From Planctomycetota bacterium (GTDB taxonomy: Bacteria > Planctomycetota > UBA8108 > SXIK01): DNA of 64,000 nucleotides. The stretch is taken from the NCBI GenBank assembly GCA_965223845.1, contig CBDCXR010000004.1, positions 6,560,001 to 6,624,000 on the forward strand, in the 5' to 3' direction. Positions 45,065-53,282 of the stretch are shown here, piece by piece (the stretch's first letter is position 1; each line of letters begins with the position of its first letter). The translations under genes were made by a program, and so were the position numbers. The notes beneath the pieces were generated by a model. It had not been told where the DNA came from, searched no databases, and worked only from the letters and a program-made list of their open reading frames with translations.

Positions 45065-46843
45065 ATGACTCGAAAGCTGCGCATCGCCCGAACCACGCCC
45101 GCTCGGATGGCCGTTCTGCTTGTGTCCATCCTCGCGGCAGGCTCGGTTCAGGTCGCGACCTTTGCCGACCCGCCGACGGCAAACGAGCCGGCGCCGGAGG
45201 AGGCCCCGCCGGCGAACGTCCCCCTCGTGGACATTCGCGTGGACGACGTCCCGGCGTTCGTGAGCGCCTGGAAGACGACGCTCTCGGGGCGCCTGTTGTC
45301 GCACCCCGCGTGCGTTTCGCTCGCGGCGGGAGTAACCGAGCGCATCGACGCGGAGCTTCGCGAGCTCGCCGAGGAGCTCGGCGGCACGATCGAGCCGGGT
45401 TGGTTTGCGCGACTGCTCGATCGCGCGGTCGACACCAGTTCGGAAGCGAGCGCGACCGGTTCCCGTCGTCTCGTCCTCCGACTCTCGCCCGATCGGCGAC
45501 TCGCGTGGGAGGTCGCGGCCGCGACCGGCGAGATGCCCGCGCTCGCCGTTCCGCCCTGCCTCGCAGAGTACGACCTGATCGGAGCGGTCGACCTCGCGGC
45601 GATCGCCGAGGTTCCGCTCGGCGGCGGCGCGGAGGGGACCGAAGCCGGCGCGCGCGACGATCTCCGTCTCGTCGCGACCGCACTCGGACTCGACTTGCTC
45701 GGAACTCTCTGGTTCGGTGCTCGGGTGCGACGCGGTGCCCTCGAGCTCGAGTTCGCGTTTCCGGATCTCGATCGCCCGCGCGGTCTGCTCGAAGCGATCG
45801 CCGCGGCGGTGCATCCGAAGACGAACGTCGGCGGTGCGCTCGCGTTCGTCCCCGCGCGCACGGAGGCCGTGAGTTCGTTCGCGATTCGCCCCGGCGCTGC
45901 GCTTCGTTCTCTTCGGCAGTTCGTGCGGCGGCGACTCCCGGAGGTCTCGCCGTGGCTCGATGCGCGCGAGGCCGAGGTGAAAGCAGCGATCGGTCTCGAC
46001 GCGGTCCGGAGGATCGAGGGGCTCGGGGATCTTTCCCTGTGCGTCTTCTCCGTCGCTGCGCCCGCCGGCGGAGCCGAGGACACGATCGCGATCGCGCGCG
46101 CCGACGAGACCGCCCCCTACTGGGAGGTTCTCCGGCGCATCGCAGCTCACCTGGCGATCGAACCACGCCGCGTCGTCGTCGACGATTCGTCGCACGGCAC
46201 GATCGAGATCGAGACGTTCGACTTGCGGTCGATCGTCGCTCGCGCGCGGGAGGCGTCGGCTGGCCAAGGAGGAGCGCCGCGGGTCATCGGAGCGGCCGTC
46301 GAGCTCGCGTCGAACACGGTGCCGCTCGTCGCTCGCACGGAGATCGGCGAGGGATGGTGTTGCTACTCGACGTCGACGCAGGCGCTCGTTCGGTACCGGC
46401 GGAGCTATTTGCGCGAGAGAAAGCTCATCTACGACGGCGAAGCACTCGAGCTCGTGACCGCCACGACTCGAGGAGCGATCGTCGGCAGCTGCGCGCGAAG
46501 CGGCGAGGCGATGCTCACCGCCTACAACTCGGTCGTCGCCGAGCTCGGTGCGCCGAGTCGGCCGGGAATTCGACGGCCGGAATGGAAACGCACTCTCGAC
46601 GCGCTCCTCCTTCCCGCCGGCGAGTCGTTCGCCGCGAGCACCGGTTGGGGGGCCATGCGCTGGGAATGGGTGCGCGGCGCAGGGGATGGCGAGCGCTCGG
46701 CGCGCGGAGTTCGCCTCTCGAGCCGGCGCCTCCTCAATGAGCGCTGGTTGGCCGCGTTCCTGCGCGAAACGGACCGGCGCCGAAGCGGCGCGCAACTCAC
46801 CGCGATTTCGCGCCCGCCGCCCGCGGAGAGAGTGGACCGGTGA
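45065..46843 (+). CDS. Exported hypothetical protein
   Basis: Signal-peptide-like N-terminus; normal composition compared with overlapping Arg-rich frames; GTGA overlap with the next gene. Confidence 0.7.
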   Translation: MTRKLRIARTTPARMAVLLVSILAAGSVQVATFADPPTANEPAPEEAPPANVPLVDIRVDDVPAFVSAWKTTLSGRLLSHPACVSLAAGVTERIDAELRELAEELGGTIEPGWFARLLDRAVDTSSEASATGSRRLVLRLSPDRRLAWEVAAATGEMPALAVPPCLAEYDLIGAVDLAAIAEVPLGGGAEGTEAGARDDLRLVATALGLDLLGTLWFGARVRRGALELEFAFPDLDRPRGLLEAIAAAVHPKTNVGGALAFVPARTEAVSSFAIRPGAALRSLRQFVRRRLPEVSPWLDAREAEVKAAIGLDAVRRIEGLGDLSLCVFSVAAPAGGAEDTIAIARADETAPYWEVLRRIAAHLAIEPRRVVVDDSSHGTIEIETFDLRSIVARAREASAGQGGAPRVIGAAVELASNTVPLVARTEIGEGWCCYSTSTQALVRYRRSYLRERKLIYDGEALELVTATTRGAIVGSCARSGEAMLTAYNSVVAELGAPSRPGIRRPEWKRTLDALLLPAGESFAASTGWGAMRWEWVRGAGDGERSARGVRLSSRRLLNERWLAAFLRETDRRRSGAQLTAISRPPPAERVDR

Positions 46844-47550
46844 AGCGAGTTCTCGTGCTCCGGCACGGAATCGTGATCAACCGGTACTTCATGGTGCCGA
46901 TGGAGCGGTACTTTCGTCGGCTCGGATACGACGTTCACAACCGCGGTTATCCGACGACGAAGAAAGCGGTGCGCGAGCACGCTCGTGACCTCGTCGATGA
47001 AATCCGAGCGATCGACATCGACCTCTCGGCGCGCGGCGAAGAATACGAGCTCTACTGTATTACGCATTCGCTCGGCGGCCTCGTTCTCCGCTACGCGCTC
47101 ACCCACTTCGACCTCCCCCGAGTGCGGCGAGCCGTGCTCCTGGTCCCGCCGAACCAGGGAGCGGTGACGGCGCGTCACTTCAAAAACTTTCCGCCGTACC
47201 GATGGCTCTTCGGGGGGAAGGCGGGCCGCGAGCTGACTCAAGATCCGCCCGGGATCTTCGGTGAGTGCGGCGTTCCCGACAATTGTGAGATCGGGATCAT
47301 CGCGGGCGATGTTCGCTACCGGATGTGGGGCGCCCCCGTCGAGAGACCGCACGACGGTGTCGTCGAGGTGCGGGAGGCGGAGCTTCCGCCGTACCCGCTT
47401 CGCGTCCTTCCCTACGGCCACACGCCGATCCTCTTCGTCCGCTATGCCTGGGAGGAGACCGAGCACTTCCTCCGCCACGGACGGTTTCGTGCGGCCGAAG
47501 CGGCCGGGCGTTCGACGGAATCTTCGGCGAGATCCGGGCCATCGCGGTAA
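46840..47550 (+). CDS. Alpha/beta hydrolase (lipase/esterase-like)
   Basis: VLRHG, nucleophile elbow THSLGG, PPNQG, HDGVV, GHT. Confidence 0.88.
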   Translation: MKRVLVLRHGIVINRYFMVPMERYFRRLGYDVHNRGYPTTKKAVREHARDLVDEIRAIDIDLSARGEEYELYCITHSLGGLVLRYALTHFDLPRVRRAVLLVPPNQGAVTARHFKNFPPYRWLFGGKAGRELTQDPPGIFGECGVPDNCEIGIIAGDVRYRMWGAPVERPHDGVVEVREAELPPYPLRVLPYGHTPILFVRYAWEETEHFLRHGRFRAAEAAGRSTESSARSGPSR

Positions 47551-47691
47551 AAGCGAGCTGAGTCCGCTCCCACACTTGCCATAGAATGACGGCAAGATTC
47601 GCATCCGCTCTTCATTCCGTTCGCGGAGTGAGCCGGCGCCGACGATCTCCGCGCAGATTCTCGGCCGGCGTTTCTTTCGGGGGCCAGACTC

Positions 47692-49350
47692 ATGGAACTA
47701 CCCTATGCTTTGAGCTCGGCGGAGGGCCCACCGGGCGCCGGGCGCCGCTCGCGCCGCGTTTCTCTCCTCGTCCTCGGGCTTGCCGGCGTGGTCGCGCCGC
47801 TTGCGGCCTTTGCGCAGGACGGTGAGGTCCTCATTCCGATCGGCGTCGAGTGGCGATACTTCAAGGGGACGGAGGCGCCGCCTGTCGAGTGGAATGCACG
47901 CGATTTCGATGACGGCGACTGGCTCGCGGGCGAGACGGGAATCGGCTACGGAGACGGTGACGACGCGACCATCCTCGACGACATGGAGGACGGCTACGCG
48001 AGCGTCTACTGCCGGCGATCGTTTACCGTCGCCGACGCTGCGTCGCTGCGTCGTCTCATCCTTCGGATCGACTACGACGACGGATTCGTCGCGTACTTGA
48101 ACGGAGCCGAGGTGGTGCGCCGCGGACTCGACGGCGAACCTCCTCCCTTCGATGCGTTCTCCTCTAGCCACGAGGCGGGCACGCCGGAGACGATCGATCT
48201 CAGCGCCGGGCTCGAAGTGATCGAGAACGGAGTGAACGTGCTCGCGGTTCAGGTCCACAACACCTCGATCGGGAGCTCCGACCTGTCGTTCGTCCCGGAG
48301 CTCGCCGCCAACGAGTTGCTCTGCCCGACGAACGCCGCGTGTTCCTTCGCCGAAGGCGAAACGACGGTGACCGTGAGCTGGGTCAATACCACCGAGTACG
48401 ATCGAATCGAAGTTCGCCGGAGTGGGGCGATCCTCACCGATGATCTCGACGGGACGACTCAGGAGTTCGTCGATCTCGACCCGCCGTCGGGCGAGCTCGA
48501 GTACGAGATCGTCGCGATCGACGCCGGTGTGCCGTGCGATCCGCTGCGGTGCACCGTCGCTGTGTTCACGGCACAGGACGTCATGGTCCGTCCCGGCGAC
48601 GAGTGGAGCTACTTCAAGGGGACGGAGCCACCGCCGTCCGCGTGGAATCTACCGGAGTTCGACGACGAAGAGTGGCTCGTCGGCGATACCGGCATCGGCT
48701 ACGGCGACGGCGACGACGAAACGATCCTCGACGATATGGAGGACAACTATCTGACGGTCTTCTGCCGGCGTGTCCTCGACATCGAAGATCCGGACGCGCT
48801 CGCCGCGCTCCGATTCTCTTCGGTTTGCGACGACGGCCTCGTCGTCTATTTGAACGGCGTCGAGGCGGGACGCTACAACATCGACGAGAACGAGGATCCG
48901 GACTACGACACGGCGGCGTCGAGCGCGATCGAGCCGTCGGTTTTCGAGCTGACGCTTCCCGTCGGCGAGCTCGGCCCGGGAGAGAATGTGCTCGCCGTCA
49001 GCGTGCACAACGCCGGAGCGGGCAGCTCCGATCTTTCGTTCATTCCGACGGTGATCCGCATCCTCCGCGTGGAGAAGCCGCGCTTCCGACGCGGCGATGC
49101 GACGAACGATACCGGAGTGAACCTCGCCGACGCGGTGGCCATTCTCGGCTATCTATTCCGGGGGGAGCGCGAACCCGCGTGTCTCGACGCAGCGGACACG
49201 AACGACGACGGGAGCGTGAATCTGAGCGACGCGATCTTCCTCCTCACCGCGCTCTTTAAGGGCGGGCCTGAGCCGCCGGCACCCGGCCGAGAATGCGGCG
49301 AAGACGGGACTGCGGATTCGCTCGGCGTCTGTCGGGGGCGGGGTTGTTGA
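47692..49350 (+). CDS. Secreted protein with two jelly-roll domains and a dockerin
   Basis: Repeat W.YFKGTE.PP..W....FDD..W..G.TGIGYGDGDD...DDG.V.YLNG.E...G.NVLAV.VHN...SSDLSF twice; FRRGDATNDTGVNLADAV. Confidence 0.88.
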   Translation: MELPYALSSAEGPPGAGRRSRRVSLLVLGLAGVVAPLAAFAQDGEVLIPIGVEWRYFKGTEAPPVEWNARDFDDGDWLAGETGIGYGDGDDATILDDMEDGYASVYCRRSFTVADAASLRRLILRIDYDDGFVAYLNGAEVVRRGLDGEPPPFDAFSSSHEAGTPETIDLSAGLEVIENGVNVLAVQVHNTSIGSSDLSFVPELAANELLCPTNAACSFAEGETTVTVSWVNTTEYDRIEVRRSGAILTDDLDGTTQEFVDLDPPSGELEYEIVAIDAGVPCDPLRCTVAVFTAQDVMVRPGDEWSYFKGTEPPPSAWNLPEFDDEEWLVGDTGIGYGDGDDETILDDMEDNYLTVFCRRVLDIEDPDALAALRFSSVCDDGLVVYLNGVEAGRYNIDENEDPDYDTAASSAIEPSVFELTLPVGELGPGENVLAVSVHNAGAGSSDLSFIPTVIRILRVEKPRFRRGDATNDTGVNLADAVAILGYLFRGEREPACLDAADTNDDGSVNLSDAIFLLTALFKGGPEPPAPGRECGEDGTADSLGVCRGRGC

Positions 49351-49380
49351 CGCTGTTTTGTGTTCCTTTGGAGGAGATTC

Positions 49381-49594
49381 ACACGAAGAACGCGAAGGGG
49401 ACGCGAAGGAAGACGAAGGGCAGAGGAGGAATTAGAGAATGAGCATCAAATGCCGATCTCTGATTGAAGAATGAAGTGCAGATGTCGTGACTTGATCTGG
49501 CCGTCCGCGATCTCATTCCGCGCACACACACACACTCACTCTCTCTCTTTCTCTTTCTTCGTCTGCCTTCGCGTCCCCTTCGCGTTCTTCGTGT
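49381..49594. repeat. Inverted-repeat element: 38-bp arms (1 mismatch) around a 138-bp spacer
   Basis: ACACGAAGAACGCGAAGGGGACGCGAAGGAAGACGAAG at 49381-49418; reverse complement at 49557-49594; between convergent genes. Confidence 0.92.
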
Positions 49595-49612
49595 AAAACT
49601 CTTCTTCGGGAA

Positions 49613-51028
49613 TCAGCGCCGATCTAGCGCCCAAACGCGCAGCACCTCGTCCTTCCCGCCCGAAACGATGTTCCGCCGATCCGGAGTCATCACCGCATCG
49701 AGCGGCGGACGCTCGTGTCCTTCGAACCGGCGGAGCTCGCGTCCGCTCTTCACGTCCCAGACGCCGACGGTGTAATCGGTTCCTGGCCGCCAATCGGTAT
49801 ACGACGTAAACGCACCCCCCGCGGCGGTGATGACGAGGCGTCCGTCCGGAGAGAACCGCGCCGAGTGAACACAGTCGTCGTGGCCATCGATCTTGCGCGC
49901 GAGCTTGCCTGTCCGGAGCGACCAAACGTAGACGACACCGTCCCAGCTCGAGGCGAGCGCGTAGCGGCCGTCCGGGGAAACGTCGACTCGGGTCACGAAC
50001 CCTGACGGCCCGCGCAGTCTGCGGATCGCCCTTTGTTCCGCGATCCCCACGATCTGGACGGTCTGGCCGAACGCGACGACGATCTGATCGCCCTTCGGCG
50101 TAAAGGCGATGCTATTGACCTTGTAGGCGCGAGTCCCCACCGGAAAACGGACATCGCCGAAGCGCTTCCGCGTTCCGAAGAGAATCTCGCCGTCGTCCGA
50201 GCCCGCCGCGATCCAGCGACCGTCGCGCGAGACGGCGATCGAGCGAAGCTCCGCGTCGAAGCCGAGGAACGATTCCATCTCCGCGCCGTCCTTCGCTCTC
50301 CAAAATCGGACCGAGGCGTCATCGCTCGCGGAGACCACCCAGGAGCTGTCCGGTCCGAATGCGACGGCCTTGACCTTGTCGGAATGCCCGGTGAGACGGT
50401 GCATGGGCTCGGATTTTTTGAGGTCCCACAGCCAGAGCGTTCCGTCGGAGCTGCCGGATGCGATGTACTTCCCGTTCGGGGAGACCGCGACCGAATAGAC
50501 CGTATCGGAGTGGCCGCGGAGGAGCGTCGCCTCATCGGTGAGGCCGTTTTCGAGCTTGAACTGCCTCAGCTCCCGTCCGAGCTCGGTGGCATCGGCCTCC
50601 TTTTTCGCGCGGCGGTAGCGGTCGATTCCGCGCTCGTACGCGCGCACGAGCGTCTCGGCGTTCTTCTTTCGCGATGCGATGAACTCCTCGTACGGCTCGA
50701 TCACGGCGGGCGTTTCGGGCGCTGTGCCTTTCCGTTCGAACGCGTTCCGTTCGCCGATGAGGGTACGGGCAGTTTCGCTGTCGCCGCGAGCGGAAGCCGC
50801 TTCGATCTCTGCGTTGAACGTCATGACGAGAGTCATCCGCAGCCGATCGACGTCTTGAGTGAACTCGAGCTTCGCTCGTTCGACCTGTTCGCGAACTGGA
50901 TCGGCAGCGAGCGTCCGACTCGGAGACGTGCACACGACGACGCCCAGGAGCGCGATGGCAACTCGATCCCAGCGGACTCCGCGCCGCCGGAGCGCAGCGA
51001 AGATCGATTTGGCGGCTGTTCGCGTCAT
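49613..51028 (-). CDS. Exported WD40-repeat protein with helical N-terminal domain
   Basis: GHSDTVYSVAVSPNG..IASGSSDGTLWLWD and about six similar repeats. Confidence 0.93.
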   Translation of the reverse strand: MTRTAAKSIFAALRRRGVRWDRVAIALLGVVVCTSPSRTLAADPVREQVERAKLEFTQDVDRLRMTLVMTFNAEIEAASARGDSETARTLIGERNAFERKGTAPETPAVIEPYEEFIASRKKNAETLVRAYERGIDRYRRAKKEADATELGRELRQFKLENGLTDEATLLRGHSDTVYSVAVSPNGKYIASGSSDGTLWLWDLKKSEPMHRLTGHSDKVKAVAFGPDSSWVVSASDDASVRFWRAKDGAEMESFLGFDAELRSIAVSRDGRWIAAGSDDGEILFGTRKRFGDVRFPVGTRAYKVNSIAFTPKGDQIVVAFGQTVQIVGIAEQRAIRRLRGPSGFVTRVDVSPDGRYALASSWDGVVYVWSLRTGKLARKIDGHDDCVHSARFSPDGRLVITAAGGAFTSYTDWRPGTDYTVGVWDVKSGRELRRFEGHERPPLDAVMTPDRRNIVSGGKDEVLRVWALDRR

Positions 51029-51403
51029 GAACCTTGAACTTCCTCGAGATGGCGAGCGACGGAGCGTCGCGGTGAGACCGCAAACCTTAGCTTAGACTCG
51101 GCGCGACTTCGAGCCGTCCCGGGCGACTCTAGGCCGCGGCTCTCGAACACGCAACCGGTTCGAGCGCAGATTCTCACCGGATCCCTCATTCTGAGGGACG
51201 AACGGGCACCCGGCCAATTCATTCGACCCTCGCGATCGCCGGCGTCGTTCGTCGTTTTCTGCGGAGTGTGGTCCGTTCCGATCGCCGGAGACGGCGCACG
51301 TCTTGCCCCGGCGCGGTTGGCGCCTGCGGTGATTTCCACTATCCTCCGAAACGCATTGTTCAACGCGTCTGCGTTTCGGAACTGTCCGTTCGTGAGGTTT
51401 CTC

Positions 51404-52321
51404 ATGCCAGCGACCACCGATCTTGACCGCGTCGGCGCGGCGGAGTCGGCCTGCCGTCTCGTCCTCTTGACCGTCGCTCTCCTTTCCTTTTGTCTCGTCC
51501 TCGGATGTGAGTCCATGACGCTACACACACGCGAGCAAAGTCGAACGTCGGACGATGAGCCATCGTGGGCGACCGTGGAGAACGTCGTTTCGTGGGACCC
51601 CGAGAGATCGGCGGTCGTGATCTGCGACATGTGGAATGACCACTGGTGTAAGAGTGCGGCCGAGCGTGTGGGGGAGATGGCACCGAGGATGAACGAGGTC
51701 GTGAACAACGCACGCGAACGCGGTCTTTTTGTCATCCACGCGCCGAGCACGACGGTCGAGTTCTATCGCGGCACGCCGCAGCGGGAGCGCGCGCGAAACG
51801 CCCCGCGTCACGAGCCCCCAGTGCCGCTCGCGACGAAGGAACGGTGGGGGACGAACTGGTGCTGGCCGGACGACGAGCGCGAGCCGGCGATGCCGATCGA
51901 CGACTCGGACATGGGCTGTGACTGCGAAACGAAGTGCGAAATCCGCGACGCCTGGTCGCGGCAGATCGCGACGATCGACATCGCGCCCGAAGATGCGATC
52001 AGCGACAACGGGCAGGAGGTGTACAACCTCCTCGCCGAGCGTGGGATCGACAATGTGATCCTCATGGGCGTCCACCTCAACATGTGCGTGCTCGGGCGTC
52101 CGTTTGCGATTCGGCAAATGGTGAAGCTGGGGAAGAACGTCGTTCTCATGCGGGACATGACCGACACGATGTACGACCCTCGACAGCCGCCTCGCGTGAG
52201 TCATTTCCGCGGCACGGACCTCGTGGTCGAGCACGTCGAGCGTTATTGGTGTCCGACGATTTTGAGCACGGACTTTGTGGGTGGGGAGCCATTTCGGTTT
52301 GGGGCGGACGAGGGGCTTTAG
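51404..52321 (+). CDS. Isochorismatase-family cysteine hydrolase, probable lipoprotein
   Basis: AVVICDMW..HWC, VIHAPS, GVHLNMCVLGR, RDMTD.MY; hydrophobic stretch ending LVLGC; start uncertain. Confidence 0.8.
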   Translation: MPATTDLDRVGAAESACRLVLLTVALLSFCLVLGCESMTLHTREQSRTSDDEPSWATVENVVSWDPERSAVVICDMWNDHWCKSAAERVGEMAPRMNEVVNNARERGLFVIHAPSTTVEFYRGTPQRERARNAPRHEPPVPLATKERWGTNWCWPDDEREPAMPIDDSDMGCDCETKCEIRDAWSRQIATIDIAPEDAISDNGQEVYNLLAERGIDNVILMGVHLNMCVLGRPFAIRQMVKLGKNVVLMRDMTDTMYDPRQPPRVSHFRGTDLVVEHVERYWCPTILSTDFVGGEPFRFGADEGL

Positions 52322-52337
52322 CTTCTTGGGGATGGAG

Positions 52338-52652
52338 ATTTCACACGAAGGGTGCGAAGGGGACGCGAAGGAAGACGAAGGAAGATCGAGAATAGGAGGT
52401 AGAGAGGAAGAGGGATTGGAGAGTAGAGAGAGCGTGCGAGCTGAGTTGGCCCCGCAAGTACTCGACAACGTCTACCGAGGGGAAGCCTTCGTGAACGGAA
52501 AACAGATAGGCCGTCAGAAACGCGCCGCCTGAGACCTTTTCCCACACCTGTTGACGTTCCCCGAAAACCTGAAGATGACCTCTTTCCCAACTCCCTCTTT
52601 TTCTCTTCCCTTCGTCTTCCTTCGCGTTCCCTTCGCACCCTTCGTGTGAAAT
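52338..52652. repeat. Inverted-repeat element: 44-bp arms (1 mismatch) around a 227-bp spacer
   Basis: ATTTCACACGAAGGGTGCGAAGGGGACGCGAAGGAAGACGAAGG at 52338-52381; reverse complement at 52609-52652; between co-directional genes. Confidence 0.92.
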
Positions 52653-52689
52653 TGTCTCCACGGAAGGCCAAATAAGATGAGCAACGTGA

Positions 52690-53196
52690 ATGGACTCTAG
52701 CCGCCGCCCCATCATCGGAGTCATGGGCTCCGGGACCGACCCCCACGCCGAGCTCGCTCGCCCGCTCGGTGCTTGGATCGCCGAGCGAGGATTCCACCTC
52801 CTTACGGGCGGAGGGCGTGGCGTGATGACTTCAGTCGCAAGCGCGTACTGCGCGGTGGCAGGACGCCGCGGTAAGTCGATCGGCGTTCTGCCCGCCGGTC
52901 GTCCCCCCGGAGACTATCCGAACCCGTTTGTCGAGATTCCCATCGTGACTCACCTCGACGGCAAGGGCGGAGCCGCCAGCTCGAGCTCGCGAAATCACAT
53001 CAACGTGCTTTCGTCAGCGGTGATCGTGGCTCTCCCGGGAGGAACCGGCACGCACTCGGAAGTCGACCTCGCCGCGCGCTACGGTCGTCCGGTCATCGCA
53101 TGGTGGCCGCCGTCGGTGGCGGTGCCCGAGAGTGTACCCCGCGCGAGTTCGCTCGATGACGTGATCGCATTCGTCGAGCGGCGCGTCGGCGAGTGA
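52690..53196 (+). CDS. SLOG/LOG-superfamily protein (TIGR00725 / Moco carrier-like)
   Basis: IGVMGSG, LLTGG..GVM, IGVLP, SRNHINV, ALPGGTGT.SE. Confidence 0.88.
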   Translation: MDSSRRPIIGVMGSGTDPHAELARPLGAWIAERGFHLLTGGGRGVMTSVASAYCAVAGRRGKSIGVLPAGRPPGDYPNPFVEIPIVTHLDGKGGAASSSSRNHINVLSSAVIVALPGGTGTHSEVDLAARYGRPVIAWWPPSVAVPESVPRASSLDDVIAFVERRVGE

Positions 53197-53197
53197 C

Positions 53198-53270
53198 AAA
53201 AAAAAGGCGGCCCCCCGAAGATCGGGAGGCCGCCTTTCGGTCGGCTCCGCGGTTCAGTTGAACCGCGGCC
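53198..53270. terminator. Intrinsic terminator plus second hairpin between convergent genes
   Basis: A9-GGCGGCC..CCGA-AGA-TCGG..GGCCGCC-TTT (U tract on the minus strand); then CCGCGGTTCA-gt-TGAACCGCGG. Confidence 0.85.
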
Positions 53271-53282
53271 TACGCGAGTGCG

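Noticed and set aside
49523-49548. (CA)n/(CT)n microsatellite as a phase-variation tract
   Set aside because: Lies inside a repeat spacer between convergent genes, not in a promoter or CDS
5673-52652. CGAAG repeats as a CRISPR array
   Set aside because: Dispersed and inverted rather than tandem direct repeats with regular spacers; no cas genes seen
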